Assembly: GCA_009914755.4 (NCBI GenBank)
Contig: CP086569.2
Coordinates: forward strand, 1,632,001-1,696,000
Direction: 5' to 3'
DNA: 64,000 nucleotides
Source: the human T2T-CHM13v2.0 reference genome, Homo sapiens
Of this stretch, positions 34,795 through 48,735 are shown one piece after another. The first letter of the stretch is position 1, and the number at the start of each line of letters is the position of its first letter. The notes beneath the pieces are model-generated. The model was given only the letters and a program-made list of their open reading frames with translations, was not told the DNA's origin and did not search any database. Made by a program: the position numbers and the translations under genes.

Positions 34795-35245
34795 TATAAT
34801 CGTGCAATTGTTTAAAAAGATATATATATATAATATATATTATACATGGGATATATATGTTATAAAGTATATATAAAGATATATATTATATATAAAATAT
34901 ATATTTATAAAGACACGTATCTTTATATATAAAAGATATATATTTATCCATAAAGACATCTTTATATATTAAAGATATATCTATTTATAAAGACATATAT
35001 CTTTTATATATATAAAAGATATATATTTATAAATAAAGACATATATCTTTATACATATAAAAAGATATATGTCTTTATTATATATTATATATATCTTTAT
35101 ATATATTATATATCTTTATTATATATATTATATATAAGATATACATTTATAAATATATATCTTTTATATATATAAAAGATATATATTTATAAATAAAGAT
35201 ATATATCTTTATATATATATTAAAGATATACATATATATTTTTTC
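34795..35245. repeat. AT-rich minisatellite (~40-46-bp unit) built on the palindromic core AAAGATATAT...ATATATCTTT
   Basis: aaaagatatatatttataaataaagacatatatctttatacatat is repeated about 10 times with variants. Confidence 0.85.
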
Positions 35246-35526
35246 TTTTGCAGGAGTCTCGCTCTGTCACCCAGGCTGCAGTGCAGTGGCGCAATCTTCA
35301 CTGACTGCAACCTCTGCCTCCCAGGTTTAAGCAATTCTCCTGCCTCAGCCTCCTGAGTATCTGGGACTACAGGCACCCGCCACCATGCCTGGCTAATTTT
35401 TGTATTTTTAGTAGAGACAGGGTTTCACCGTGTTAGCTAGGATGGTCTCAATCTCCTGACCTCGTGATCCACCCACCTTGGCCTCCCAAAGTACTGGGAT
35501 GACAGGCGTGAGCCACCTCACCCGGC
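35241..35526 (-). mobile_element. Alu
   Basis: GCAGGAGTCTCGCTCTGTCACCCAGGCTGCAGTGCAGTGGCGCAATCTTCACTGACTGCAACC...GCGTGAGCCACCTCACCCGGCC. Confidence 0.9.
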
Positions 35527-35559
35527 CTATATGTGTTTTATTATATATATTATACACAG

Positions 35560-36370
<811 letters not shown>

Positions 36371-36782
36371 TTATATAAGTTATGTCTATATAACACACAT
36401 GTGTACATATAACACCCATACATGTAAGTATATAACACATATATGTGTATATGACACACACATACGTGTATATGATGCATATACATATATGTATATAAGA
36501 CATATATATATATATATGGGTTCACATAGAGGGTTTTGGCTTGGAGCTGGGCTCTTCAGCGAGCTGCTTCCAGCAGTGAATGGGACACGCACCCTGCACC
36601 ACAGGCTCATGTGTATTAGAAATATTACTCAGTGCCCAGCACAGCACATCCCTGGGCTGGGGTGAGTCAATGGTGGGAGCTGCAGGCAGGGTGCACAGTG
36701 AGAGAGACCCTGATCCGGACCACTCAGCAAGGGCATGGTACAATGATTTTCATGTCTGTGTTCACCCAAGTTCATGTTGAAT

Positions 36783-37762
<980 letters not shown>

Positions 37763-37963
37763 GTATTTTTATAGCAGCCTGAAATGGACAAACACACAAA
37801 GATGAAAAAAATAACTCTAGTCGTGTTCTCCAGGGTTTAGAACAGCGGCAGAATAGGCAAGCTCATGCCTTGCAAATGGTGAGACCCTTTTTGACAAGTT
37901 GTTGGACAGCAATTCCTTTTCCATGAGATTTTTTTTTTTCCTAAGGATAAAAATGGAAAATGG

Positions 37964-38259
<296 letters not shown>

Positions 38260-38612
38260 GGCAAATGAAACATTAAGGATCAGACTGAGTTGCCGTGCCA
38301 TTTATACATGGAGAAAACTCCAGAGGGATCTCATGTCCAAGGACCAGGACACAGCCAGGTAACAGCAAAGCTTCCATGCAACTGACAGGGTGAAAAAAAT
38401 AGCGTGGATGGTCCCCACCGAGAAAGAAACCCAACACATTTTCCAGTGGAGAAAATGGGACTGGTGGGAGAACATCACGACGACGACGGTGCAGCAACTC
38501 AATCTACGCGCAGAGGTTATCTGGATTCAGCAGAAAAGGAAGGTGGCAGGTGTGACCGGTTTGCGTTTCATAAATATTTGCAACGCTTTTTAATTAATTA
38601 GTTAGTTTACTA

Positions 38613-38897
38613 TTTTTGAGATGGAGTTTCGCTCTTGTTGCCCAAGCTGGAGGGCGGTGGCGCGATCTCGGCTCACTGCAACCTCTGCCTCAGCTTCATG
38701 CAATTCTCCTGCCTCAGCCTCCTGAGTAGCTGGGATTACAAGCGCCTGCCAGCACGCCCGGCTAATTTTTGAATTTTTAGTACAGATGGGGTTTCTCCAA
38801 ATTGGCCAGGCTTGTGTCAAACTCTTGACCTCAGGTGATCTGCCCGCCTCGGCCTCCCAAAGTGCTGGGATTACAGGTGTGAACCACTGCACCTGGC
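38613..38897 (-). mobile_element. Alu
   Basis: GAGATGGAGTTTCGCTCTTGTTGCCCAAGCTGGAGGGCGGTGGCGCGATCTCGGCTCACTGCAACC...GTGTGAACCACTGCACCTGGCC. Confidence 0.9.
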
Positions 38898-39346
38898 CAC
38901 ATTTTTCCCCTCTTACAATGACAGTATCATGTTGCATCAGGGGCCAACTCCGCTTCATTCTGACCAAATCTTTACGAATTGCATCTGCAAAGGCTCTATT
39001 TCCAAACGAGGTCACACTTGAGCTTCTGAGCAGACGTGAATTTGAGGGGTACATGTTTCAACCCCATTCACATCAACGTCTTTTTCTTCTTTAGCAATCA
39101 GTGAAGATAATAAGGTCATTTTTATTCTGAGAGGAAATGTGAGTTCGTCTCGTCTCAGAGGATTGCTCAGAGTCCAGTTGAGCATGGCTGGGGTGCTAGG
39201 CTGTGCCGTTCTTGCTCTAAGCCCGAGGGATAACTAATTTCCATTATTTTGTTCTTGCCGCCTCATAATTTGTCTACATGGGGGTGAGGAGAGTGAATGT
39301 CCTGTTACAGGAAGCTGTTGCGGGTGGACTATTTAAAGGGATTTCA

Positions 39347-40643
39347 GGCCAGGTGCGGCAGCTTATGCCTGTCATCCCACCACTTTGGGAGGCCGAGGAG
39401 GGTGGATCACAAGGTCAGGAGTTCGAGACCAGCCTGGCCGATATGGTGAAACTCCATCTCTACTAAAAATACAAAAATTAGCCGGGTGTGCTGTCGGGCG
39501 CCTGTAATCCCAGCTACTCAGGAGGCTGAGGCAGGAGAATCTCTTAGAACCCGGGAGGCGGAGGTTGCAGTGAGCCAGATTGGGCCACTGCACTCCAGCC
39601 TGGGTGACAAGAGGGAGACTCCATCTCAAAAAAAATCATAAAATAAAAAATTAATTAATTAAAAAGGCTAGGTGCAGTGGCTCATGCCTGTAATCCCAGC
39701 ACTTTGGGAGGCCGAGGTGGGCAGATCACCTGAGGTTGGGGGTTTGAGACCATCCTGGCCAACATGGTGAAACCCCATCTCTAGTAAAATACAAAAATTA
39801 GCTGGGTGTGGTGTCGGGTGCTTGTAATCTCAGCTACTCAGGAGGCTGAGGCAGAATCTTAGAATCCAGGAGGTGGAGGTTGCAGTGAGCCGAGATCAAG
39901 CCATTGCACTCCAGCCTGGGCGACAAGAGGGAGACTCTGTCTCAAAAAAATACATAATATAATAAAAATAAATAAATAATAAAATAGGCCAGGCACGGTG
40001 GTTCACGCCTGTAGTCCCAGCACTTTGGGAGGCCAAGGCGGGTGGATCACCTGATGTCAGGTGTTCGAGACCAGCCTGGCCAACATGGTGAAACCCCATC
40101 TCTACGAAAAATACAAAAATTAGGTGGGTGTGGTGTCGGGCGCCTGTACTCCCAGCTTCTCAGCAAGGTGAGGCAGGAGAATCTCTGAGAATCCGGGAGG
40201 TGGAGGTTGCAGTGAACTGAGATTGGGCCACTGCACTCCAGCCTGGGCGACAAGAGGGAGACTCTGTCTCAAAAAATATATATATATAAAATAAATAATT
40301 AATAAAATAGGTCAGGTGCACTAGCTCATGCCTGTCATCCCAGCACTTTGGGAGGCCAAGGCAGGTGGATCACCTGATGTCAGGACTTCGAGACCAGCCT
40401 GGCCAACATGGTGAAACCTCGTCTCTACTAAAAATACAAAAATTAGCCGGGTGTGGTGTCGGGCGCCTGTAATCCCAGCTTCTCAGGAGGCTGAGGCAGG
40501 AGAATCTCTTAGAACCCCGGAGGCAGAGGTTGCAGTGAGCTGAGATTGCACCACTACACTCCAGCCTGGGCGACAAGAGGGGGACTCCATCTAAAAAAAA
40601 AAATGATAAAAAATAAATAATATAAAAAGTAAAATAAATAAAA
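39347..40643 (+). mobile_element. Head-to-tail tandem array of 4 complete Alus (39347-39665, 39666-39985, 39986-40309, 40310-40643), with one TSD pair flanking the whole array
   Basis: All four copies share the private variants GTGGTGTCGGGCGCCTGTAAT, GAGAATCTCTTAGAA(C/T)CC(G/A)GGAGG and GACAAGAGGGAGACTC, and (AATA/AAAT)n tails. The outer flanks are AAAGGGATTTCA|GGCCAGG and ...AAATAAATAAAAGGATTTCAGAGG. Confidence 0.9.
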
Positions 40644-41079
40644 GGATTTCAGAGGCATCTAACCAAGTAAGGACCCGGCCAAGCATGTATGTTGAAGACA
40701 AGCTGAGAAGGCTTTATAGCAATTAACAAAAAAAAACAGCTGGTAACAACAGCCAGTCTGGGGGTGTAAAAATGGAACTACCATTGGTAACAGGACCTTC
40801 CGTTCCTTCTAATGACCTCTTTGAAGGTACGAGTGATTTACACTCCATCATAACCCTCTTGGCCCCTGGGGCCTCGTCTCAGCATCCGTTCCGTAGGCAG
40901 GAGGCACGGTTCTCGGTGTTTCCGGAGACCAACCCTGTTTTGTTTCTTTGGTAAAGCATAGAGCGTGGTGCTATTGACGTCGGGAGAATACCACGGCTTT
41001 GAAAACATTATTCTCAGTGAACGGAAGCCTGTCGCTGAAGACCACGTATCCTGTGATTTCATTCAGATGAAAGGTTCAG

Positions 41080-41545
41080 AATAGACCAGTCCAGACACAA
41101 AGCAGATTAGTGGTTTCACAGGGGCTGGGGTGGGGGTGGGAAGGGAGTGGGGTCATGGGGAAAGAGTGTGGGGTTTCTTTGTCTTCTGCAAGGGATGAAA
41201 ATATTGTAATCTACCCACAGTCATGCTTCTCTGCATCTGTGAATATCCTAAAAGCCACTCAATGGTAAATTGAATTGTCCATGACCAGAGGGGCCGGTGC
41301 ACGTGACAGGCAGAGGTAGGAGACCCCATCCTAGCATCCACTGTTGACATTCTAAAAGTGACTGTCGGCCAGGCATGGTGGCTCACGCCTGTCATCCCAG
41401 CATTTTGGGAGGCCGAGGTGGGTGGATCACCTGAGGTCGGGAGTTCGAGACCAGCCTGGCCAACATGCTGAAACCTTGTCTCTACTTGAAAAATGAGTGA
41501 ATTGTGTGGGATGTGAATTATATCTGAATAGAACAATCTTTTTTC
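41080..41545 (+). mobile_element. L1M-type 3' UTR end (sense), split by a free-left-monomer (FLAM-like) Alu at 41368-41495
   Basis: GGGGCTGGGGTGGGGGTGGGAAGGGAGTGGGGTCATGGGGAAAGAGTGTGGGGTTTCTTTG..GATGAAAATATTGTAATCTA..GTGAATATCCTAAAAGCCACTCAATGGTAAATTGAATTGT ... TGAGTGAATTGTGTGGGATGTGAATTATATCTGAATAGAAC matches the L1M 3' end (..ACTAAAAACCACTGAATTGTACACTTTAAAATGGTGAATTTTATGGTATGTGAATTATATCTCAATAAA). Confidence 0.7.
41368..41495 (+). mobile_element. Alu left monomer only (FLAM-like)
   Basis: GGCCAGGCATGGTGGCTCACGCCTGTCATCCCAGCATTTTGGGAGGCCGAGGTGGGTGGATCACCTGAGGTCGGGAGTTCGAGACCAGCCTGGCCAACATGCTGAAACCTTGTCTCTACTTGAAAAA. Confidence 0.85.
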
Positions 41546-41624
41546 TTTTTCTTTTGGCCGATTTTCTTTTTCTTTTGGTTTCTTTTGATCTGATGGTTTT
41601 ACAAATGGGAGTTCCCCTGATAAT

Positions 41625-41795
41625 GTCTCACTCTGTCACCCAGGCTCAAGTGCAGTGGCACGATCATAGCTCACTGCAGCCTCGATCTCCTGGGCTCAGG
41701 TAACCCTCCCACCTCAGTGTCAGCATAGCTGGGACCGCAGGTGTGCACCACCATGCCCAGTTAATTTATTTTTTCTAATCTGTAGAGACTTAAAA
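41625..41795 (-). mobile_element. Old Alu (AluJ-like), partial
   Basis: TGTCTCACTCTGTCACCCAGGCTCAAGTGCAGTGGCACGATCATAGCTCACTGCAGCCTCGATCTCCTGGGCTCAGGTAACCCTCCCACCTCAG.. Confidence 0.8.
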
Positions 41796-41819
41796 AAAAT
41801 ATATATATATATATATATG

Positions 41820-42095
41820 GAGGCCGATGCGGGTAGATCACCTGAGGTCAGGAGTTCGAGACCAGCCTGACCAGCATGGCGAAACCCCATCTATAGTAAA
41901 AGTACAAAATTACCTGGGCGTGGTGACTCCTGCCTGTAATCCCAGCTACTCAAGAGGCTGAGGCAGGAGAATTGCTTGAAGCTGCTAGGCGGAGGTTGCA
42001 GTGAGTGGAGACCTCACCACTGCACTCCAGTTTGGGTGACAGAGCAAGACTCCATCTCAAAAATAAAATAAAATAAAATAAAAGTGCATATAAAA
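41820..42095 (+). mobile_element. Alu, 5'-truncated, with (AAAAT)n tail
   Basis: GGAGGCCGATGCGGGTAGATCACCTGAGGTCAGGAGTTCGAGACCAGCCTGACCAGCATGGCGAAACCCCATCTATAGTAAAAGTACAAAATTACCTGGGCGTGGTG... Confidence 0.85.
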
Positions 42096-42194
42096 GGTAT
42101 GTTTATAACCATATTGTAGCCTATTAAACGTGCAATAGCATTATGTCTTAAAAATATGCATGCTTTAATTTAAATCTACTTTTTTCTTAATTAT

Positions 42195-42345
42195 AGTTTA
42201 AGTTCTAGGGTACATGCGCACAACGTGCATGTTTGTTACATATGTATACATGTGCCATGTTGGTGTGCTGCACCCATGAACTCATCATTTACATTAGGTA
42301 TATCTCCTAATGCTATCCCTCCCCCCTCCCCCTACCCCAATTTCA
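42195..42345 (-). mobile_element. L1PA 3'-terminal ~150 bp (severely 5'-truncated)
   Basis: TTAAGTTCTAGGGTACATGCGCACAACGTGCATGTTTGTTACATATGTATACATGTGCCATGTTGGTGTGCTGCACCCATGAACTCATCATTTACATTAGGTATATCTCCTAATGCTATCCCTCCCC. Confidence 0.85.
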
Positions 42346-42584
42346 AATCTATTTTATTGCTAAAAAAGCTAATAGATTTTCTCCATGGGTGGGGTTACGA
42401 CATTCCTGCAATTTGTAAACAACAACAACAAATAGTGTCTGACGGTGCCATAAAGCAAACTGCAATCAAATGAGGCATGCCTGTATAGACACACTTTGGC
42501 ATCCATTCAATTCTTTATCTAACCAGAATATATATGTAATTTTCATTATTTATTTATTTTAATTTTTAATTTTTTTATTCTTTG

Positions 42585-42901
42585 ATATTTTATTTTATTT
42601 TATTTTATTTTATTTTATTTTGAGACAGAGTCTCGCTCTGTCTCCCAGGCTGGAGTGCAATGACCCTATTTTGGCTCACTGCAAACTCCACCTCTGGGGT
42701 TCAAGTGATTCTCCAGCCTCAGCCTCCTGAGTAGCTGGGATTACAGGCATTCACCACCAGGCCTGGCTAACTTTGTATATTTAGTAGAGACGGGGTTTCG
42801 TCATGTTGGCCAGGCTAGTCTCGAACTCCTGGCCGAGGTGATCCGCTCGCTTCAGCCTCCCAAAGTGCTGGGATGACACGTGTGAGCCACCGTGCCTGGC
42901 C
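42585..42901 (-). mobile_element. Alu with (ATTTT)n tail
   Basis: (attttattttatttt) then GAGACAGAGTCTCGCTCTGTCTCCCAGGCTGGAGTGCAATGACCC...GTGTGAGCCACCGTGCCTGGCC. Confidence 0.9.
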
Positions 42902-43392
42902 CAAATCTTTCAAGCCGGCTGTCAGCAGGCATCCGTGTCAGGTCCACCTGTCCGTCCAGCTCCAAGCTGATTGTCAGCCACTGCACAGGCTGAAAAAAAT
43001 GGACTTTAATATCTGTGAAAACCTCGTTGGCTCAAAGGAAACTGTAGCAAATTCTTTTTTTTTATTTTTGTTTTTTAACTCAAAGAGTGGAGTTTGCATT
43101 GACCTTGTGATGGCACGCTGCTCTTTTGTTTTGGTGTAAATCCTCTAGTGGGCACTTTGCAAAAGCAATTTTAGAGCAAAGGTGGTGGCATGGAGTTGTG
43201 TGAGGTTGCTGAAAAGTAGCAAATGGAAGAAAGGTTAATGGAGCTGGATTTCTACAAAGGACGTCCTTTGAGGAGATCCACAGCAGCAACAATCACAGAG
43301 CAGCTTGCGTTTCCTATTCTGGGGACTTGGAGCACTTGATTGTAAGGAAGAAAGTGTGAGTGGGCACAAGGCTGGTGGTCACAATAAAAAGA

Positions 43393-46300
43393 ACAACAGT
43401 AATAATATGATACTACCACTGCATGAGAGCAGTAATAACAACAACAGTAATACAATACCACCGCCGTGTGAGAGCAGTAATAACTACAACAGTAATACGA
43501 TACCACCGCTGCATGAGAGCAGTCATAATCACAACAGTAATATGATACTACCGCCGCATGAGAGCAACAACAGTAATATGATACTACTGCCGCATGAGAG
43601 CAGTAATAACAACAGTAATATGATACTACCACTACATGAGAGCAGTCATAATCACAACAGTAACATGACACCACCGCCGCATCAGAGCAGTAATAACAAC
43701 AACAGTAATATGATACTACCGCCGCATGAGAGCAGTAATAACAACACTAATATGATACTACCACTACATGAGAGCAGTCATAATCACAACAGTAACATGA
43801 CACCACCGCCGCATGAGCAGTAATAACAACAACAGTAATATGATACTACCGCCGCATGAGAGCAGTAATCACAACAGTAATATGATACTACCGCTGCATG
43901 AGAGCAGTAATAACAGTAATATGATACTACCGCCGCATGAGAGCAGTAATAACAGTAATATGATACTACCGCCGCATGAGAGCAGTAATAACAACAGTAA
44001 TATGATACTACCGCCGCATGAGAGCAGTCATAATCACAACAGTAATATGATACTACCGCCGCATGGGAGCAGTAATAACAACAACAGTAATATGATACTA
44101 CCGCCGCATGAGAGCAGTAATAACAACAGTAATATGATACTACCGCTGCATGAGAGCAGTAATAACAGTAATATGATACTACCGCCGCATGAGAGCAGTA
44201 ATAACAACAGTAATATGATACTACCACTACATGAGAGCAGTCATAATCACAACAGTAATATGATACTACCACTACATGAGAGCAGTCATAATCACAACAG
44301 TAATATGATACTACCACTACATGAGAGCAGTCATAATCACAACAGTAATATGATACTACCGCCGCATGGGAGCAGTAATCACAACAGTAATATGATACTA
44401 CCGTTGCATGAGAGCAGTAATAACAACAACAGTAATATGATACTACCGCCACATGAGAGCAGTAATCACAACAGTAATATGATACTACCGCCGCATGAGA
44501 GCAGTCATAATCACAACAGTAATATGATACTACCGCCACATGAGAGCAGTAATAACAACAGTAATATGATACTACCACTACATGAGAGCAGTCATAATCA
44601 CAACAGTAATATGATACTACCACTACATGAGAGCAGTCATAATCACAACAGTAATATGATACTACCACTACATGAGAGCAGTCATAATCACAACAGTAAT
44701 ATGATACTACCGCTGCATGAGAGCAGTAATAACAACAGTAATATGATACTACCGCCGCATGAGAGCAACAACAGTAATATGATACTACTGCCGCATGAGA
44801 GCAGTAATAACAACAGTAATATGATACTACCGCCGCATGAGAGCAGTAATAACAACAGTAATATGATACTACCACTACATGAGAGCAGTCATAATCACAA
44901 CAGTAATATGATACTACCGCCGCATGAGAGCAGTAATCACAACAGTAATATGATACTACCGCTGCATGAGAGCAGTAATAACAGTAATATGATACTACCG
45001 CCACATGAGAGCAGTAATAACAGTAATATGATACTACCGCCGCATGAGAGCAGTAATAACAACAGTAATATGATACTACCGCCGCATGAGAGCAGTCATA
45101 ATCACAACAGTAATATGATACTACCACTACATGAGAGCAGTCATAATCACAACAGTAATATGATACTACCGCTGCATGAGAGCAGTAATAACAACAGTAA
45201 TATGATACTACCGCCGCATGAGAGCAGTAATAACAGTAATATGATACTACCGCCGCATGAGAGCAGTCATAACAGTAATATGATACTACCGCCGCATGAG
45301 AGCAGTAATAACAACAGTAATATGATACTACCGCTGCATGAGAGCAGTAATAACAACAGTAATATGATACTACCACTACATGAGAGCAGTCATAATCACA
45401 ACAGTAATATGATACTACCGCCGCATGGGAGCAGTAATCACAACAGTAATATGATACTACCGTTGCATGAGAGCAGTAATAACAACAACAGTAATATGAT
45501 ACTACCGCCGCATGAGAGCAGTCATAATCACAACAGTAATATGATACTACCGCCGCATGAGAGCAGTCATAATCACAACAGTAATATGATACTACCGCCA
45601 CATGAGAGCAGTAATAACAACAGTAATATGATACTACCACTACATGAGAGCAGTCATAATCACAACAGTAATATGATACTACCACTACATGAGAGCAGTC
45701 ATAATCACAACAGTAATATGATACTACCACTACATGAGAGCAGTCATAATCACAACAGTAATATGATACTACCGCTGCATGAGAGCAGTAATAACAACAG
45801 TAATATGATACTACCGCCACATGAGAGCAGTAATAATCACAACAGTAATATGATACTACCGCCGCATGAGAGCAGTAATCACAACAGTAATATGATACTA
45901 CCGCCACATGAGAGCAGTAATAACAGTAATATGATACTACCGCCACATGAGAGCAGTAATCACAACAGTAATATGATACTACCACTACATGAGAGCAGTC
46001 ATAATCACAACAGTAATATGATACTACCGCTGCATGAGAGCAGTAATAACAACAGTAATATGATACTACCGCCACATGAGAGCAGTAATAATCACAACAG
46101 TAATATGATACTACCACTACATGAGAGCAGTCATAATCACAACAGTAATATGATACTACCGCCACATGAGAGCAGTAATAACAACAGTAATATGATACTA
46201 CCGCCGCATGAGAGCAGTAATAACAGTAATATGATACTACCGCCACATGAGAGCAGTAATAACAGTAATATGATACTACCGCCACATGAGAGCAGTAATC

Positions 46301-47310
46301 ACAACAGTAATATGATACTACCACTACATGAGAGCAGTCATAATCACAACAGTAATATGATACTACCGCCGCATGAGCAGTAATAACAGTAATATGATAC
46401 TACCGCCGCATGAGAGCAGTAATAACAACAGTAATATGATACTACCACTACATGAGAGCAGTAATAATCACAACAGTAACATGACACCACCGCCACATGA
46501 GAGCAGTAATAACAACAGCAATATACTACCGCCGCATGAGAGCAGTAATAACAACAGTAGTATGATACTACCACTACATGAGAGCAGTCATAATCACAAC
46601 AGTAATATGATACTACCGCCGCATGAGAGCAGTAATAACAGTAATATGATACTACCGCCGCATGAGAGCAGTAATAACAGTAATATGATACTACCGCCGC
46701 ATGAGAGCAGTAATAACAAGAGTAATATGATACCACCACCGCATGAGAGCAGTAATAACAACAGTAATATGATACCACCGCCACATGAGAGCAGTAATAA
46801 CAACAGTAATATGATACTACCACTACATGAGAGCAGTCATAATCACAACAGTAATATGATACTACCACTACATGAGAGCAGTCATAATCACAACAGTAAT
46901 ATGATACTACCGCCGCATGAGAGCAGTAATAACAGTAATATGATACTACCGCCACATGAGAGCAGTCATAATCACAACAGTAATATGATACTACCGCCGC
47001 ATGAGAGCAGTAATCACAACAGTAATATGATACTACCGCCACATGAGAGCAGTCATAATCACAACAGTAATATGATACTACCACTACATGAGAGCAGTCA
47101 TAATCACAACAGTAATATGATACTACCACTACATGAGAGCAGTAATAACAACAGTAATATGATACTACCGCCACATGAGAGCAGTCATAATCACAACAGT
47201 AATATGATACTACCGCTGCATGAGAGCAGTAATAACAAGAGTAATATGATACCACCGCCACATGAGAGCAGTAATAACAACAGTAATATGATACTACCAC
47301 CGCAGGAGAG
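43393..47310. repeat. Large minisatellite/VNTR of about 90-95 copies of a 39/42/45-bp unit with two unit subtypes
   Basis: Subtype P is AGCAGTAATAAC(AAC)0-2AGTAATATGATACTACCGCCGCATGAG (39, 42 or 45 bp). Subtype L is AGCAGTCATAATCACAACAGTAATATGATACTACCACTACATGAG (45 bp). The ORFs 43813..46383(+) of 856 aa and 43784..46324(-) of 846 aa are non-stop frames of the unit. Confidence 0.95.
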
Positions 47311-47345
47311 CAGTAGTAGGAGTAATAATAAAGTTAACAGCAGCA

Positions 47346-48074
<729 letters not shown>

Positions 48075-48254
48075 TTAAGAGGTGACAGGGCCATGAGACC
48101 TTTGCCCTCATGAATGGATTACTCCACACATAGATTAATGAATTAATGGGTTAATAGATTAAGTGTTTATCATGCAAATGTACTGACCTAAGCCAAGATG
48201 TGGATATTATGGGGTTTCACCCATGCTGCCATAGCAAAGTCTCACAGACTAGGT

Positions 48255-48735
48255 GGCTTAACCAACAGACATTGATTCTCCCACAGTCCTGGAGGCTGCA
48301 AGTCTGAGATCCAGGTGTGGGCAGGGCTGGTTCCTCCTGAGGCCTCTCTCCTTGGCTTGGAGACACTGTCTTCTCCCTGCAGCCTCACAGGGTCATCCCT
48401 CTGTGTGTGTCTGTGTCCTCACCTCCTCTTCTTATGAGATGCCTTAGTCCATTTCAGGCTGCTAACACAGAATACCATAGACTGGGTGACTTATAAACAA
48501 CAGACATTGATTCTCCCACAGTCCTGGAGGCTGGAAGTCTGAGATCCAGGTATGGGCAGGGCTGGTTCCTCCTGAGGCCTCTCTCCTGGGCTTGTAGACG
48601 CCGTCTTCTCCCTGTGCCCTCACAGGGTCATCCCTCTGTGTGTGTCTGTGTCCTCACCTCTTCTTCTTATGAGATGCCTTAGTCCATTTCAGGCTGCTAA
48701 CACAGAATACCATAGACTGGGTGACTTATGAGCAA
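48255..48735 (-). mobile_element. Two tandem ~240-bp copies of a MaLR-type LTR 3' part (antisense)
   Basis: CCATAGACTGGGTGACTTATAAACAACAGACATTGATTCTCCCACAGTCCTGGAGGCTGGAAGTCTGAGATCCAGGT..GGGCAGGGCTGGTTCCTCCTGAGGCCTCTCTCC...CTCACAGGGTCATCCCTCTGTGTGTGTCTGTGTCCTCACCTC appears twice. It is the reverse complement of the ..CCAGAACTGTGAG..AAGCCACCCAGTCTATGGTATT.. tail family. Confidence 0.6.

Noticed and set aside
43305-43823. ORF starting at ATG 43305 (MRFLFWGLGALDCKEESVSGHKAGGHNKKNN...) as a possible 5' exon of a VNTR-containing gene
   Set aside because: Only the first ~25 codons are unique, and the rest is array read-through. There is no Kozak or promoter evidence and no recognisable domain. It is most parsimoniously chance.
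43784-46383. 846- and 856-aa ORFs ([14 protein letters not shown]... on +, VVSYYCCDYDCSH... on -) that could be read as a huge repetitive protein or a pair of overlapping antisense genes
   Set aside because: They are exactly colinear with a 39/42/45-bp tandem unit whose length variants are all multiples of 3. A 42-mer has roughly a 50% chance of lacking a stop in any given frame. Here 3 of 6 frames are open, including frames on both strands at once. There is no start context, splice signal or flanking exon-like sequence. The ORF dissolves exactly at the array edges.
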